A stretch of 64,000 nucleotides of DNA from Lachnospiraceae bacterium (lineage in GTDB: Bacteria > Bacillota > Clostridia > Lachnospirales > Lachnospiraceae): positions 20,891 through 84,890 of the forward strand of contig JAFTWX010000045.1 of assembly GCA_017465095.1 (NCBI GenBank). The letters run 5' to 3'. The notes under the pieces were generated by a model, which was given only the letters and a program-made list of their open reading frames with translations, did no database searches and was not told the origin of the DNA. Positions 10,613 through 19,173 of the stretch are shown here, piece by piece. Positions within the stretch are counted from its first letter, which is position 1, and each line of letters begins with the position of its first letter. Made by a program: the position numbers and the translations under genes.

Positions 10613-11104
10613 ATGAAGTTTGCGACTGCTTATGAGGAGAGCAGGGACGCAGTTTACGGATATCTGGTATACATGACAAAAGATGTTCAACTTGCAGAAG
10701 ATCTCAGTCAGGAAGTATTTCTTCGTATGTTCCTGCACTTGGACAAATTCCGCGGACAGGCAAGTGCGCGCACGTGGGCACTGCGCATTGCGCGAAACGT
10801 CTTTTTAACCTATGCGCGAAAAAAACAACCGCTGCTGCTCATCGAGCAGGAGTGGGAACCGCTATCGGATATCAATGAAAATCTTCCCGAACAGGAAATG
10901 ATTAATAAAGAGAACGCACAATACGTCAGGGATTGTCTTATGTGCCTTGCAGAAAGTGAAAGAACCGTTCTTCTTTTACGTGATTTTGAAGAGCTTTCCT
11001 ATGAAGAAATCGCCCGGATCATGGACCTGTCTGCGGACGTTGTCAAAAGTCGTCTATATCGCGCAAGACAAAAATTCCGCAAAATTTATGAATCTATGCA
11101 ATGA
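10613..11104 (+). CDS. ECF-type RNA polymerase sigma-70 family factor
   Basis: 163 aa. Region 2 is AEDLSQEVFLRMFLHLDKFRGQASARTWALRIARNVF. Region 4 is SERTVLLLRDFEELSYEEIARIMDLSADVVKSRLYRARQKF. Confidence 0.9.
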   Translation: MKFATAYEESRDAVYGYLVYMTKDVQLAEDLSQEVFLRMFLHLDKFRGQASARTWALRIARNVFLTYARKKQPLLLIEQEWEPLSDINENLPEQEMINKENAQYVRDCLMCLAESERTVLLLRDFEELSYEEIARIMDLSADVVKSRLYRARQKFRKIYESMQ

Positions 11105-11130
11105 AGCCTGTATGAAAGGAGAACCCCTTT

Positions 11131-11997
11131 ATGGAACCGGATAAGATCCTACTCCCTGAAATTACCTATCAGGGGAATGATAAAAAATTAATGGAACGAA
11201 TAACGAAGTTCAAAGCAGGAACATTTCGTATTGTGGTATTTACCATTGTCGGCCTTATTATGGGCCTTTACAGCCACAATTATGTGTCCGACACCTTTTT
11301 CCCAACCAAACTGATTACTGCCGTTCCTTATAAGATTACCGAAACCATCTATGTTTTTCTGATCGGTACCGACGCTCCGGGGCGCTGGAACAGCTATTAC
11401 TGCGGATGGCTTACTGAATTTTTTCCGCACAGCATGCTCGCCACACTGATAGCAGAAACAGTAACGACCATGCTGATCGGCGGAGCCATCTATGGATCCC
11501 TTGCCTATTTTACGGGAGACAAAAGAGTGTTCACTCTCTCCCGGTTTTTAAAATTTTTCTTATGTTGGTGCACGGTTATTACACTGTGCATAGGTGCGGC
11601 TTATGCAGTCAATGCCAAAGCAGTCGCCGACAACGAAGCGCTCCGGCGAACCGAACGCATTTCATTTTTCCTATACAACGAACATGGTGGCAGCAGCACC
11701 GGTGACAATGCGTTATCCCGGACTCTTGCCGATTCCTTTTTCGACGACCTAAAACCGGTCACCGTTACCCGCGACCTTGAAAAAGAATCAAAAGTAGGTG
11801 TTTACTACGGATATTTTCGCTACGGACTGTACAGTGTCAATTACGAAAAACAGTATTTAGCAACCGAACAGGGAAAAACATGGAGTCTGTCGCCGGAATT
11901 TGCTCAGGTGATCAAGGAGTTTATCGAAGAAAACAAATTTCCGGATGGCACTATTTTTACCGGAGAAGCAACAGAAGTGACGGAGGTGGAAAAATGA
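11131..11997 (+). CDS. Multi-pass membrane protein, candidate non-canonical anti-sigma partner
   Basis: It starts 27 nt after the sigma gene. A cytoplasmic N-terminus of about 33 aa is followed by several TM helices and a soluble C-terminal domain of about 120 aa. There is no HxxxCxxC zinc anti-sigma motif. Confidence 0.45.
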   Translation: MEPDKILLPEITYQGNDKKLMERITKFKAGTFRIVVFTIVGLIMGLYSHNYVSDTFFPTKLITAVPYKITETIYVFLIGTDAPGRWNSYYCGWLTEFFPHSMLATLIAETVTTMLIGGAIYGSLAYFTGDKRVFTLSRFLKFFLCWCTVITLCIGAAYAVNAKAVADNEALRRTERISFFLYNEHGGSSTGDNALSRTLADSFFDDLKPVTVTRDLEKESKVGVYYGYFRYGLYSVNYEKQYLATEQGKTWSLSPEFAQVIKEFIEENKFPDGTIFTGEATEVTEVEK

Positions 11998-12719
11998 AAA
12001 AACTGAGAAGCTTAAATAAAAAAGACTGGATAATATTTTGGATTTTTGCTGCTCTGATTGCCAATGTCATCGGTAACTTTTTTAATCACCGAATCAATGA
12101 TCTGCTGCGGAAATTCGGTAATCCATGGCTAACCAATCTCAATGAACCGCAAAGCTATGGCCGCTTGATTACCGCATCCGTTTTACTTGCTGTTACGGCT
12201 GTGCTCGTCCTCTTTCTCTTAAAAAAGTCTCTCAAAGCAAAAATAGCAGCCATTTTTGCAGGTATTCTGATTCCTGCTGCTATTGTCGGAATCTATTTCA
12301 TACATTGCAATCTGATTGTCTCTGTGCTTTGGAATACAGAGCCGCAGACAGTATTTGTAGACGATGGTGACACCTGCTATTATATAAAAACAAACTCTCC
12401 GCAAGGCACAAAAATTTCCTCCAAACAATCCCTTTCCGAGATTTTAGAGCTATGCCGGACGCTGACCCCCATCACAGACGAAGTACAGATAAAGAAATGC
12501 ATGGACTGGTACGAAAATGCCGAGGAGCCGTTTTTACATACGGACATGGTACGACTTTATTTTCCGGAAAAATACGGTCATCACTATCAATTCTCGCTCC
12601 GCCTTCATGAGGGCTATGTCTACCTCTGGCGCGGCTACAGCGACACGCAGGAAATTACCTTTTTTGAGGATAACGGTATTACCGAGTGGGTTGCAGAATA
12701 TGTGAAAACAGCACCGTAA
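11994..12719 (+). CDS. Membrane protein of unknown function (3 TM plus soluble C-terminal domain)
   Basis: The start was trimmed to the ATG preceded by GGAGGTGG, which overlaps the upstream stop (ATGA). The N-terminus is MKKLRSLNKKDWIIFWIFAALIANVIG. Confidence 0.6.
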   Translation: MKKLRSLNKKDWIIFWIFAALIANVIGNFFNHRINDLLRKFGNPWLTNLNEPQSYGRLITASVLLAVTAVLVLFLLKKSLKAKIAAIFAGILIPAAIVGIYFIHCNLIVSVLWNTEPQTVFVDDGDTCYYIKTNSPQGTKISSKQSLSEILELCRTLTPITDEVQIKKCMDWYENAEEPFLHTDMVRLYFPEKYGHHYQFSLRLHEGYVYLWRGYSDTQEITFFEDNGITEWVAEYVKTAP

Positions 12720-12753
12720 TTTTCCTATTGAAAATAAATTAAAGATTCCACAT

Positions 12754-12786
12754 TGTGGCTATGTTTCAAGCATAGCCACATTTATT
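12754..12786 (+). terminator. Rho-independent terminator after the ECF module
   Basis: A perfect 10-bp stem tgtggctatg / catagccaca with loop tttcaag and tail tttatt. Confidence 0.6.
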
Positions 12787-12988
12787 ACATAATGTTGAAA
12801 AGCACAAGAAAATGAAATCCCGAGCAGATTTTGATAAAATAACGGATAAACACGGAAAGTTATTAGCAGTTCTTAATTACAATCTAATGATTCCTGTCAC
12901 AGAAAAATCAACCCATAATTTTCCTTAACTCCTCCCGTATAGTAGAAAACAATCCAAACTATGTATTGTGTAAAAGGAGAATTTTCTT

Positions 12989-14503
12989 ATGGAAGAAAAA
13001 ACTATGAATTATGAAACACCCAAACCCGAAACTTCTGCTTACGAAAATGAAACCATCCGCAAAATCGTGGAAAATTTCCCGGTCTTCGGACTGACCGGTT
13101 TTTTATATGCGGTTTTCTTTTGCTTTTGTCTGTATAAAAATATGTATTCTTACACCTCATTTTTGCTTTGCGGTGTAACGGTTGCCTATTTTCTTTTTTG
13201 CTTTAAAAAGCTGGACATAGCATCCTGCAAATTGCGGACCTTTTACATAGTAAGCATCTGCTTACTGGGTCTCTCCAACATGTTGACCGCCAGCGGTATT
13301 TTGATTTTTCTCAATTATGTCGGCATTATACTGCTTTTGTTCTGCTTCTTGATCAACCATTTTTACGATACAACAAAATGGGATTTTTCAAAGTATACAA
13401 GCGCTCTTCTGCAGACTATATTTTCGAGTTTGGCAAGAGTGGATTATCCGTTTAAAAGCTTCAGCCTGTATTACAAGAAAAATCAAAAGCTGAAAAACTC
13501 AAAATTTCTTTACGTTATTCTCGGACTTTTGGTTTCCGTTCCGCTTTTGCTTGTGATTATTCCGCTTCTGCTCTCGGCAGACATTGTCTTTTCTGATTTG
13601 CTCGATAACCTTTTTTCGCAAATTTTCAAAGACTTTGATTTTGGCACATTGATCGGAATTGCCATGACAACCTTTATCGGGCTGATTGTCTCCCAAGGTA
13701 TTTTGATTGAGCTTTGCGGAAAACATATCAATCCGGACGTAAAGGAAAAAAAGACGATGGAGCCAATCATTGCCATCACATTCACTTCCGTACTGACACT
13801 GGTGTACCTCTGCTTCAGCGTCATTCAGATTGTGTACCTGTTTATCGGAAATATGACGCTCCCGAACAATTACACTTATGCCCAATATGCACGGGAAGGT
13901 TTCTTCCAGCTGCTGTTTGTCTGTATCATCAACCTGATTCTGGTGTTGTTTTGTATGTCACATTACCGTGACAATAAAATTCTGAAAGGTATCCTGACTG
14001 TCATTTGCGGTTGTACCTACATTATGATTGCATCCAGCGCTCTGCGAATGCTCATGTACATCGGCGAGTATCATCTGACATTCCTTCGTGTGTTTGTCCT
14101 TTTGGCACTGTTTGTATTATTCCTTTGCCTGACGGGTGTGGTAATTTCCATTTACAAACCATCGTTTAAATTGTTTACTTATATGCTTGTCGTGGTGAGT
14201 GTCTGCTACATCGCATTTTCACTCTCCAGACCGGACACCTATATTGCGACATATAACATTGCAACGAATGCTTCCGATATGTATTACTACTATGACCTCA
14301 GCCCGGATGCGGCTCCGATATTGAAGGAACATGGATTTTTCGGAAAAGCAGCCGTTCAGTACGAAACAAAATGGTACCGTGTCTCCAACTACATCGACCG
14401 CTGTGAAGATGCGTATGAAGATTTAAACTTCCGACGTTTTAACCTCTCTGTATACAGAGCCGGTCAGGCCGTGAAAGGAACTCCTGCGGCTTTGGATAAT
14501 TAA
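12989..14503 (+). CDS. Large polytopic membrane protein of unknown function
   Basis: 504 aa with an AAGGAG RBS. More than 10 hydrophobic helices run across the whole length. No catalytic motif was recognised. Confidence 0.6.
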   Translation: MEEKTMNYETPKPETSAYENETIRKIVENFPVFGLTGFLYAVFFCFCLYKNMYSYTSFLLCGVTVAYFLFCFKKLDIASCKLRTFYIVSICLLGLSNMLTASGILIFLNYVGIILLLFCFLINHFYDTTKWDFSKYTSALLQTIFSSLARVDYPFKSFSLYYKKNQKLKNSKFLYVILGLLVSVPLLLVIIPLLLSADIVFSDLLDNLFSQIFKDFDFGTLIGIAMTTFIGLIVSQGILIELCGKHINPDVKEKKTMEPIIAITFTSVLTLVYLCFSVIQIVYLFIGNMTLPNNYTYAQYAREGFFQLLFVCIINLILVLFCMSHYRDNKILKGILTVICGCTYIMIASSALRMLMYIGEYHLTFLRVFVLLALFVLFLCLTGVVISIYKPSFKLFTYMLVVVSVCYIAFSLSRPDTYIATYNIATNASDMYYYYDLSPDAAPILKEHGFFGKAAVQYETKWYRVSNYIDRCEDAYEDLNFRRFNLSVYRAGQAVKGTPAALDN

Positions 14504-14538
14504 CGTTTACAAGTAACCCTTCACATATAACCCAAAAA

Positions 14539-14594
14539 GGACCTTCCCGGTCGTCGCCCTTGGCGGTTATCTTCGGGAAGGCCCTTTTACTTTT
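14539..14594. terminator. Probable bidirectional terminator between convergent genes
   Basis: The stem ccttcccg / cgggaagg encloses a 24-nt loop, with A-rich and T-rich flanks (aaaaagg ... cccttttactttta). Confidence 0.45.
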
Positions 14595-14595
14595 A

Positions 14596-14976
14596 TTAAT
14601 CGTTTAATTCTTCTACCTGTTTGATAAAGCTCTTAATACCCTTGAAGGTTTTGTCGCTTAAGAAATGCATCATTTTCTTTGCATCTTCCTCCGCAACCGA
14701 CTGATCCACATCTGCGGTCATCATCAAAAACTGTGTGATTGTCTCCTGTCTGTCCACAAGGCTCTTTGCAAGCTTTGTCCCTTCTTTGGTAAGCACGAGA
14801 CTGGTTCCCGTTCCTTCCTCAAGATATCCCAACTCTCTCAGCTTGCCCATGGCGCGACTGACACTCGGCTTGGAAAAGGAAAGTGCATTTGCAACATCGA
14901 TGGCACGCACTCTTCCGGTTGTTTCCCTCTGTAACAGATATATAATCTCTAAATATGTTTGTCCTGATTCCTGCAT
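14596..14976 (-). CDS. DtxR/MntR-family metal-dependent transcriptional regulator
   Basis: 126 aa with an AAGGAGAA RBS. The winged-helix N-terminus is YLEIIYLL...RAIDVANALSFSKPSVSRAMGKLRELGYL, followed by a helical dimerisation/metal domain. Confidence 0.8.
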   Translation of the reverse strand: MQESGQTYLEIIYLLQRETTGRVRAIDVANALSFSKPSVSRAMGKLRELGYLEEGTGTSLVLTKEGTKLAKSLVDRQETITQFLMMTADVDQSVAEEDAKKMMHFLSDKTFKGIKSFIKQVEELND

Positions 14977-15020
14977 AATTATTTCTCCTTTGTTCTCTGT
15001 ATCACTATGTAAAAATCGGA

Positions 15021-15428
15021 TTACACGATCTGATTTTTGATATCTTCCAGTTCTTCCTGGGTCGGTGAACCCGGTTTCCAGCCGATTTTCTGCTGATCTC
15101 CCTCATATCTCGGAATCAGATGAAGATGGAAATGAAACACGGTCTGTCCTGCTGTTTCCCCGTTGTTCTGCACAAGGTTAAATCCGTCGCAGCCAAGCTT
15201 CTCCGTCATCTGTGTCGCCATTTTCTTTGCCAGCTTCATTACTTTTCCTGCCAAATCTTCCGGAAGTTCATACAGATTTGCATAATGCTCCTTCGGCAAA
15301 ATAAGAGCATGGCCTTTTGTCGCCGGTCCCAAATCGAGAATCACGCGGAAATCCTCATCCTCGTATAATGTTTTGGAAGGAATTTCCCCGTTTGCTATTT
15401 TACAAAAAATACAATCATCTTTTTTCAT
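15021..15428 (-). CDS. HIT-family (histidine triad) nucleotide hydrolase
   Basis: CIFCKI at the N-terminus and the histidine triad HFHLHLIP. Confidence 0.9.
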   Translation of the reverse strand: MKKDDCIFCKIANGEIPSKTLYEDEDFRVILDLGPATKGHALILPKEHYANLYELPEDLAGKVMKLAKKMATQMTEKLGCDGFNLVQNNGETAGQTVFHFHLHLIPRYEGDQQKIGWKPGSPTQEELEDIKNQIV

Positions 15429-15452
15429 ATTTTTTCTCCTTACTCACATGTA

Positions 15453-16442
15453 TTAAAACGGAAATAACTCATCAAGAAGTCGGAACTGTGTAAAATCACC
15501 CTTCATCTTCATATCGCCGGTCATAAACGCCTTCTGGAACGTTTCTCTTCCGTTTACAATCTCTTTAAGAACTTCCTCTGTCATGCTCATCTCAATGTCG
15601 GTTTTCTTTGTTTCTTCCTTGGAGCAGATGAGCGTATTCTGATCAATCTGAAGCTGAAGTACTTCCGATTTTCCATCCAACTTGATACAATATACCGTTT
15701 TACATCCCGGTTGCGGACGGAACTTGGACTCAAATAACTTTTGATATCCGCTGGTCTCCTTCTCCTGGGAAGTGCTCATCATACCTTTGAACATGCTGGC
15801 CAGCTCCTGGATATCTTCCTTCTGCTTCTGCACGTACACTTCATCCGACGCATACTGGGAAAGCTGCTCGGACTCCTGCGGCGTCAGCTCCATTCCTCTC
15901 CGGATTGCTACGGTTTTGTTTACCTCCCCGTTACTTGCAGGCAAACTCTTCACCTTCTGATGAATGGTCCGGTAGAAGTTTTCTGCCTTTTTCTCTATGA
16001 GACTCTGATATTCTTTGTTGTTTTCCAAAATAGAAGTTTCTTTTATGTATCCGCAAATTCCGCTGCAAGGTCTTCCGCCCAATATTTCCCAAGCCGTGGA
16101 AAGATTTAATTTTCCTTCTCTCTCACCGTAAGTCGTACTCATAACAACCGGACACATATAAATTTTATTCACCGTATCCCGATCCCCGTACAGCCAGATT
16201 GCATCCAGAAAAGACTGCATATATCCGCCGATTCCGTACCATTCCACCGTCGTGGCAAGAATAATACCATCCGCCACTTTCAACGTCTGCGGAAGTGTGG
16301 TGATGGCATTTTTTATTTCGTAAAGATTGAATCGCTCCACGGAAACATTGAGTTCCTCAAGCACCTGTTGCATTTTGTCGAGCACATATACGGTCGGATC
16401 ATCCACCAGACCTCTGCCTCCATAATAAATGTTTACCTTCAT
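15453..16442 (-). CDS. Flavodoxin-like (NAD(P)H-dependent oxidoreductase fold) protein fused to a C-terminal SCP2 lipid-binding domain
   Basis: The N-terminus MKVNIYYGGRG...DGIILATTVEWYGIGGYMQSFLD is flavodoxin-like. The C-terminus ...VLKEIVNGRETFQKAFMTGDMKMKGDFTQFRLLDELF fits the SCP2 signature. Its start overlaps the rhomboid gene stop (ATGA). Confidence 0.55.
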   Translation of the reverse strand: MKVNIYYGGRGLVDDPTVYVLDKMQQVLEELNVSVERFNLYEIKNAITTLPQTLKVADGIILATTVEWYGIGGYMQSFLDAIWLYGDRDTVNKIYMCPVVMSTTYGEREGKLNLSTAWEILGGRPCSGICGYIKETSILENNKEYQSLIEKKAENFYRTIHQKVKSLPASNGEVNKTVAIRRGMELTPQESEQLSQYASDEVYVQKQKEDIQELASMFKGMMSTSQEKETSGYQKLFESKFRPQPGCKTVYCIKLDGKSEVLQLQIDQNTLICSKEETKKTDIEMSMTEEVLKEIVNGRETFQKAFMTGDMKMKGDFTQFRLLDELFPF

Positions 16443-17488
16443 TGCGATCTACCTCTCTCTTTTTCCTTTTTTCGATACACTAAAATTGCAAGTAAAAAAC
16501 CACCGATCAAACCGCCGATATGTGCGGCGTTATCTACATTGGTACTTATAAATCCATTATACAACGAAAAGGCAATTAAAAAAATCATTTTCGGCAACGT
16601 TGCAAATTCGTGATGCCCGCGGTTGCGGATGACAATCCAAAGAAGGGCTCCCGTTATCCCGAAAATAGCTCCGCTTGCTCCGAGCGACGCCGTAAAATCC
16701 TTGGTCAACACAGAAAAACCCAACGACGCAAAATCTGCAATCACCCCACTTAGCATATAAAGGACGAAGTATTTGATATGCCCGATTTCCTTTTCCACCA
16801 ATCTGCCCAGTCCATAAAGATAGATCACATTTCCGCACAGATGATAAGCATCGCCGTGGAGAAAAATATTGGTGAAAAACCGATACCATTGACCTTCATT
16901 TATGAGAAGTACCGGGTCCAGCACCCCGAAAGAATATATATATTTTCCGGCAAATATACAGGCAAAAAACAAAACCATGTTAGCAATAAGCAACCCATAA
17001 TTCACATAGGGAATATATTTCTTTTCTGGTTGCTCGCAGGCAACTTTTTCTGTCTCCCGGTCATTTTCCGAATCCGGAATATCCTCCGCAACCGACGGTT
17101 CTGCAAGCGCCTGCTGAAGAATGGATTTCATCCCGTAAAAATCCTCGCATTTTCCCTCGTCGATTATAAGTGTCCGGTTTTCTGTATCTACATACCAGCA
17201 AAAGCTTCTCTCACCGCCCAACTCCCGCGCACTTTCTGTATTCTGCGCAAAAATTACGGTTAGAGCGTGAACATCTATCGTCTCGCCGTCGGGGCCTCTC
17301 CAGTCTGCCTTTGCCAAAAAATTGTCCAAAACTTCTTTAGTTACCCTCTGCTCACCTTCTGCTGTTACCAGAACAAGCGCATTGATATAACCAAACTCAA
17401 TCGTAAAATAAACATCGATTCCCGGAATCGGAACCTCCAGTTTTTGAAATCCTTTTTTTACTAAAAATCTTCCTGTTTTCTCTTTCAT
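16439..17488 (-). CDS. Rhomboid-family intramembrane serine protease with a cytoplasmic N-terminal domain of about 150 aa
   Basis: Catalytic GASGAIFG and HIGGLIGG motifs sit in TM helices. Also present are WYRFFTNIFLHGD and an AAGGTGA RBS. Confidence 0.85.
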   Translation of the reverse strand: MKEKTGRFLVKKGFQKLEVPIPGIDVYFTIEFGYINALVLVTAEGEQRVTKEVLDNFLAKADWRGPDGETIDVHALTVIFAQNTESARELGGERSFCWYVDTENRTLIIDEGKCEDFYGMKSILQQALAEPSVAEDIPDSENDRETEKVACEQPEKKYIPYVNYGLLIANMVLFFACIFAGKYIYSFGVLDPVLLINEGQWYRFFTNIFLHGDAYHLCGNVIYLYGLGRLVEKEIGHIKYFVLYMLSGVIADFASLGFSVLTKDFTASLGASGAIFGITGALLWIVIRNRGHHEFATLPKMIFLIAFSLYNGFISTNVDNAAHIGGLIGGFLLAILVYRKKEKERGRSQ

Positions 17489-17519
17489 ATGTCACCTTTT
17501 TTCTTCTGAAAAAAGGGTA

Positions 17520-18359
17520 TCATTTCTTTTCTTTTATGTCAATCCAGGGCACATTGCACGCCAACATTCCCAAAATGCTCAAACCCAGGAAAATCAATGC
17601 TGCCCGCCCATTTGGGGTTCCTGCTGTTTCTGAAAATTTTATATTTTCTCCGCTGTAAAACAAGAATAAAAGGTAGCCAATGCTAACTAAAAACCATATC
17701 GCAAAAATCGAAAAAGTGATCATATCAAATGATTTTTTCTGTTCCCCGGACTCTTCCTCTACGGAAATCCCAATTAAAAAATCCCCTTCATCCGCCACAG
17801 GTATTTCCTCCTCTTCCGGTTCCAAGGACAAGGAAAGAACTTCCTCCAAAATCTGCAGGATACTCTTTTTTTCCTTACTTTTCCGATAAAATTCATAAGA
17901 AAGAAGTACCGCCAAATCATCATCATGATTTGTATATCCAAGGAGGCTTTCTGCAAACCCCGCCCAATTCCGATCTGTCTCCTCCTTTCCAAAAGAAGGA
18001 TTGTAACAAAAGAAGTATTCACCTTCCTCTCTAAAAATATATTCAAACTGCAACAAAATCCCTTTTATGTCCAAAAAATAAGAATGCAATTCTGTAATCA
18101 GGCAATGCAGACTCTGCAAAAGCATCCGGATTTCTGCCCCCGATAAAGACAGTTCCGATGGCTCTTCCGCCATCGATTGTTTTCCGGAAACATCATAATA
18201 GAATTTTTCTTCCCCGTTGAACACTCTTTTTTCGAATACCAGAAGTCCCCGGATTCTGTTTTCCTGCAGCATTTGCAGCGCAAACAGATCCACCTTCTGT
18301 TCCTGCCCCGGCATAAGAACTATATAGCTTTTTTCCAATTCCTCTATCTCTTTCATCAT
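17520..18359 (-). CDS. Tad-operon terminal gene: soluble N-terminal domain, acidic linker, two C-terminal TM helices; unknown function
   Basis: The start was trimmed to the ATG overlapping the upstream stop (ATGA). The sequence is MMKEIEELEKSYIVLMPGQEQ..., with linker EPEEEEIPVADEGD and a hydrophobic C-terminus. Confidence 0.55.
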   Translation of the reverse strand: MMKEIEELEKSYIVLMPGQEQKVDLFALQMLQENRIRGLLVFEKRVFNGEEKFYYDVSGKQSMAEEPSELSLSGAEIRMLLQSLHCLITELHSYFLDIKGILLQFEYIFREEGEYFFCYNPSFGKEETDRNWAGFAESLLGYTNHDDDLAVLLSYEFYRKSKEKKSILQILEEVLSLSLEPEEEEIPVADEGDFLIGISVEEESGEQKKSFDMITFSIFAIWFLVSIGYLLFLFYSGENIKFSETAGTPNGRAALIFLGLSILGMLACNVPWIDIKEKK

Positions 18360-18757
18360 TTCTTCAACCTTTCCATCTCCCAGATGGCGGAAACCGGATG
18401 TATTCTGCTTATATTTTCTTCTGCAATACATGTTAAGGTTTTAAAAGGTATGTTTTGTCTAACCTGTATGGTCACCCTGATACTCTCGGCAGAAACTTTT
18501 ACGTCCCATTGCACCTCATCCGTAAAGAGCAGTTTTTCCCCTATTTCCTCTTCCACATACGAAGAAACCGCCCTCTCTATTGTGTTCTTTCCCTCCTGTT
18601 CCAGCCGCGAACCTTCAAGAACTCCCAGCGCTGCAATCGCTGTCGCTGCCTCTCTGTTGTACAAGAAAAATCCGATATGGATAACTATCCAAATAACCAG
18701 AAATAACATCGGAACCACAAAAGCGGCTTCTACGGTAAAACTTCCTTTTTGTTTCAC
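18356..18757 (-). CDS. TadE-like pseudopilin (133 aa)
   Basis: The GTG start is preceded by GGGAGGTG and overlaps the upstream stop (GTGA). The N-terminus (M)KQKG/SFTVEAAFVVPMLFLVIWIV has a G-xxxx-E prepilin peptidase site plus a hydrophobic helix. Confidence 0.7.
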   Translation of the reverse strand: MKQKGSFTVEAAFVVPMLFLVIWIVIHIGFFLYNREAATAIAALGVLEGSRLEQEGKNTIERAVSSYVEEEIGEKLLFTDEVQWDVKVSAESIRVTIQVRQNIPFKTLTCIAEENISRIHPVSAIWEMERLKK

Positions 18758-19173
18758 AAGACACCTCCCAAATACAGCAACATATAGGACAGTGTAAAAA
18801 ACGGTGCAAACGGCAGCTCGCTTTTTTTCCCTGCCTTTTTGCAAAGCATCAGAATTCCTCCGCACAGTCCGGTCAGCAGCAGACCTCCCATAAGAACCGC
18901 TGCGTTTTTTCCTCCGCCCAAAAAGATACCGCTGACTGTTACAACAATTGCATCGCCTTCTCCTACTGCCTCCTTTGACATAAGCGAAAATAAATACAAA
19001 TATGCTCCGCCCAAAATTCCTCCCAAAAGAGAAAGCCAGGAAGGCTGTTCCTGCGTCACAAAAAGAAACAGCGCAGGCACTGCAAAAAAGAAATTGATAC
19101 CTACATAAATACGTCTGTTTATCAGATCAGTCACCGTATTTATAATTAAGAAAGCAATATAAATCAACTGCAT
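18754..19173 (-). CDS. A24-family prepilin peptidase (TadV/CpaA-type, no methyltransferase domain), copy 2
   Basis: MQLIYIAFLIINTVTDLINRRIY carries the first catalytic Asp context and VGEGDAIV the second (GxGD). GGAGGGAG lies upstream of the start. Confidence 0.75.
   Translation of the reverse strand: MQLIYIAFLIINTVTDLINRRIYVGINFFFAVPALFLFVTQEQPSWLSLLGGILGGAYLYLFSLMSKEAVGEGDAIVVTVSGIFLGGGKNAAVLMGGLLLTGLCGGILMLCKKAGKKSELPFAPFFTLSYMLLYLGGVL

Noticed and set aside
11880-11993. The ORF track extends the third ECF-module gene at its N-terminus by 38 codons.
   Set aside because: The extension overlaps the preceding gene by 118 nt. A strong GGAGGTGG RBS precedes the internal ATG at 11994, which overlaps the upstream stop.
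17489-17519. The hairpin cctttttt-cttctg-aaaaaagg between the Tad operon and the rhomboid gene was considered as a terminator.
   Set aside because: The stem is almost entirely A-T and has no U-run on the transcribed (minus) strand. It probably does not terminate, so read-through is assumed.
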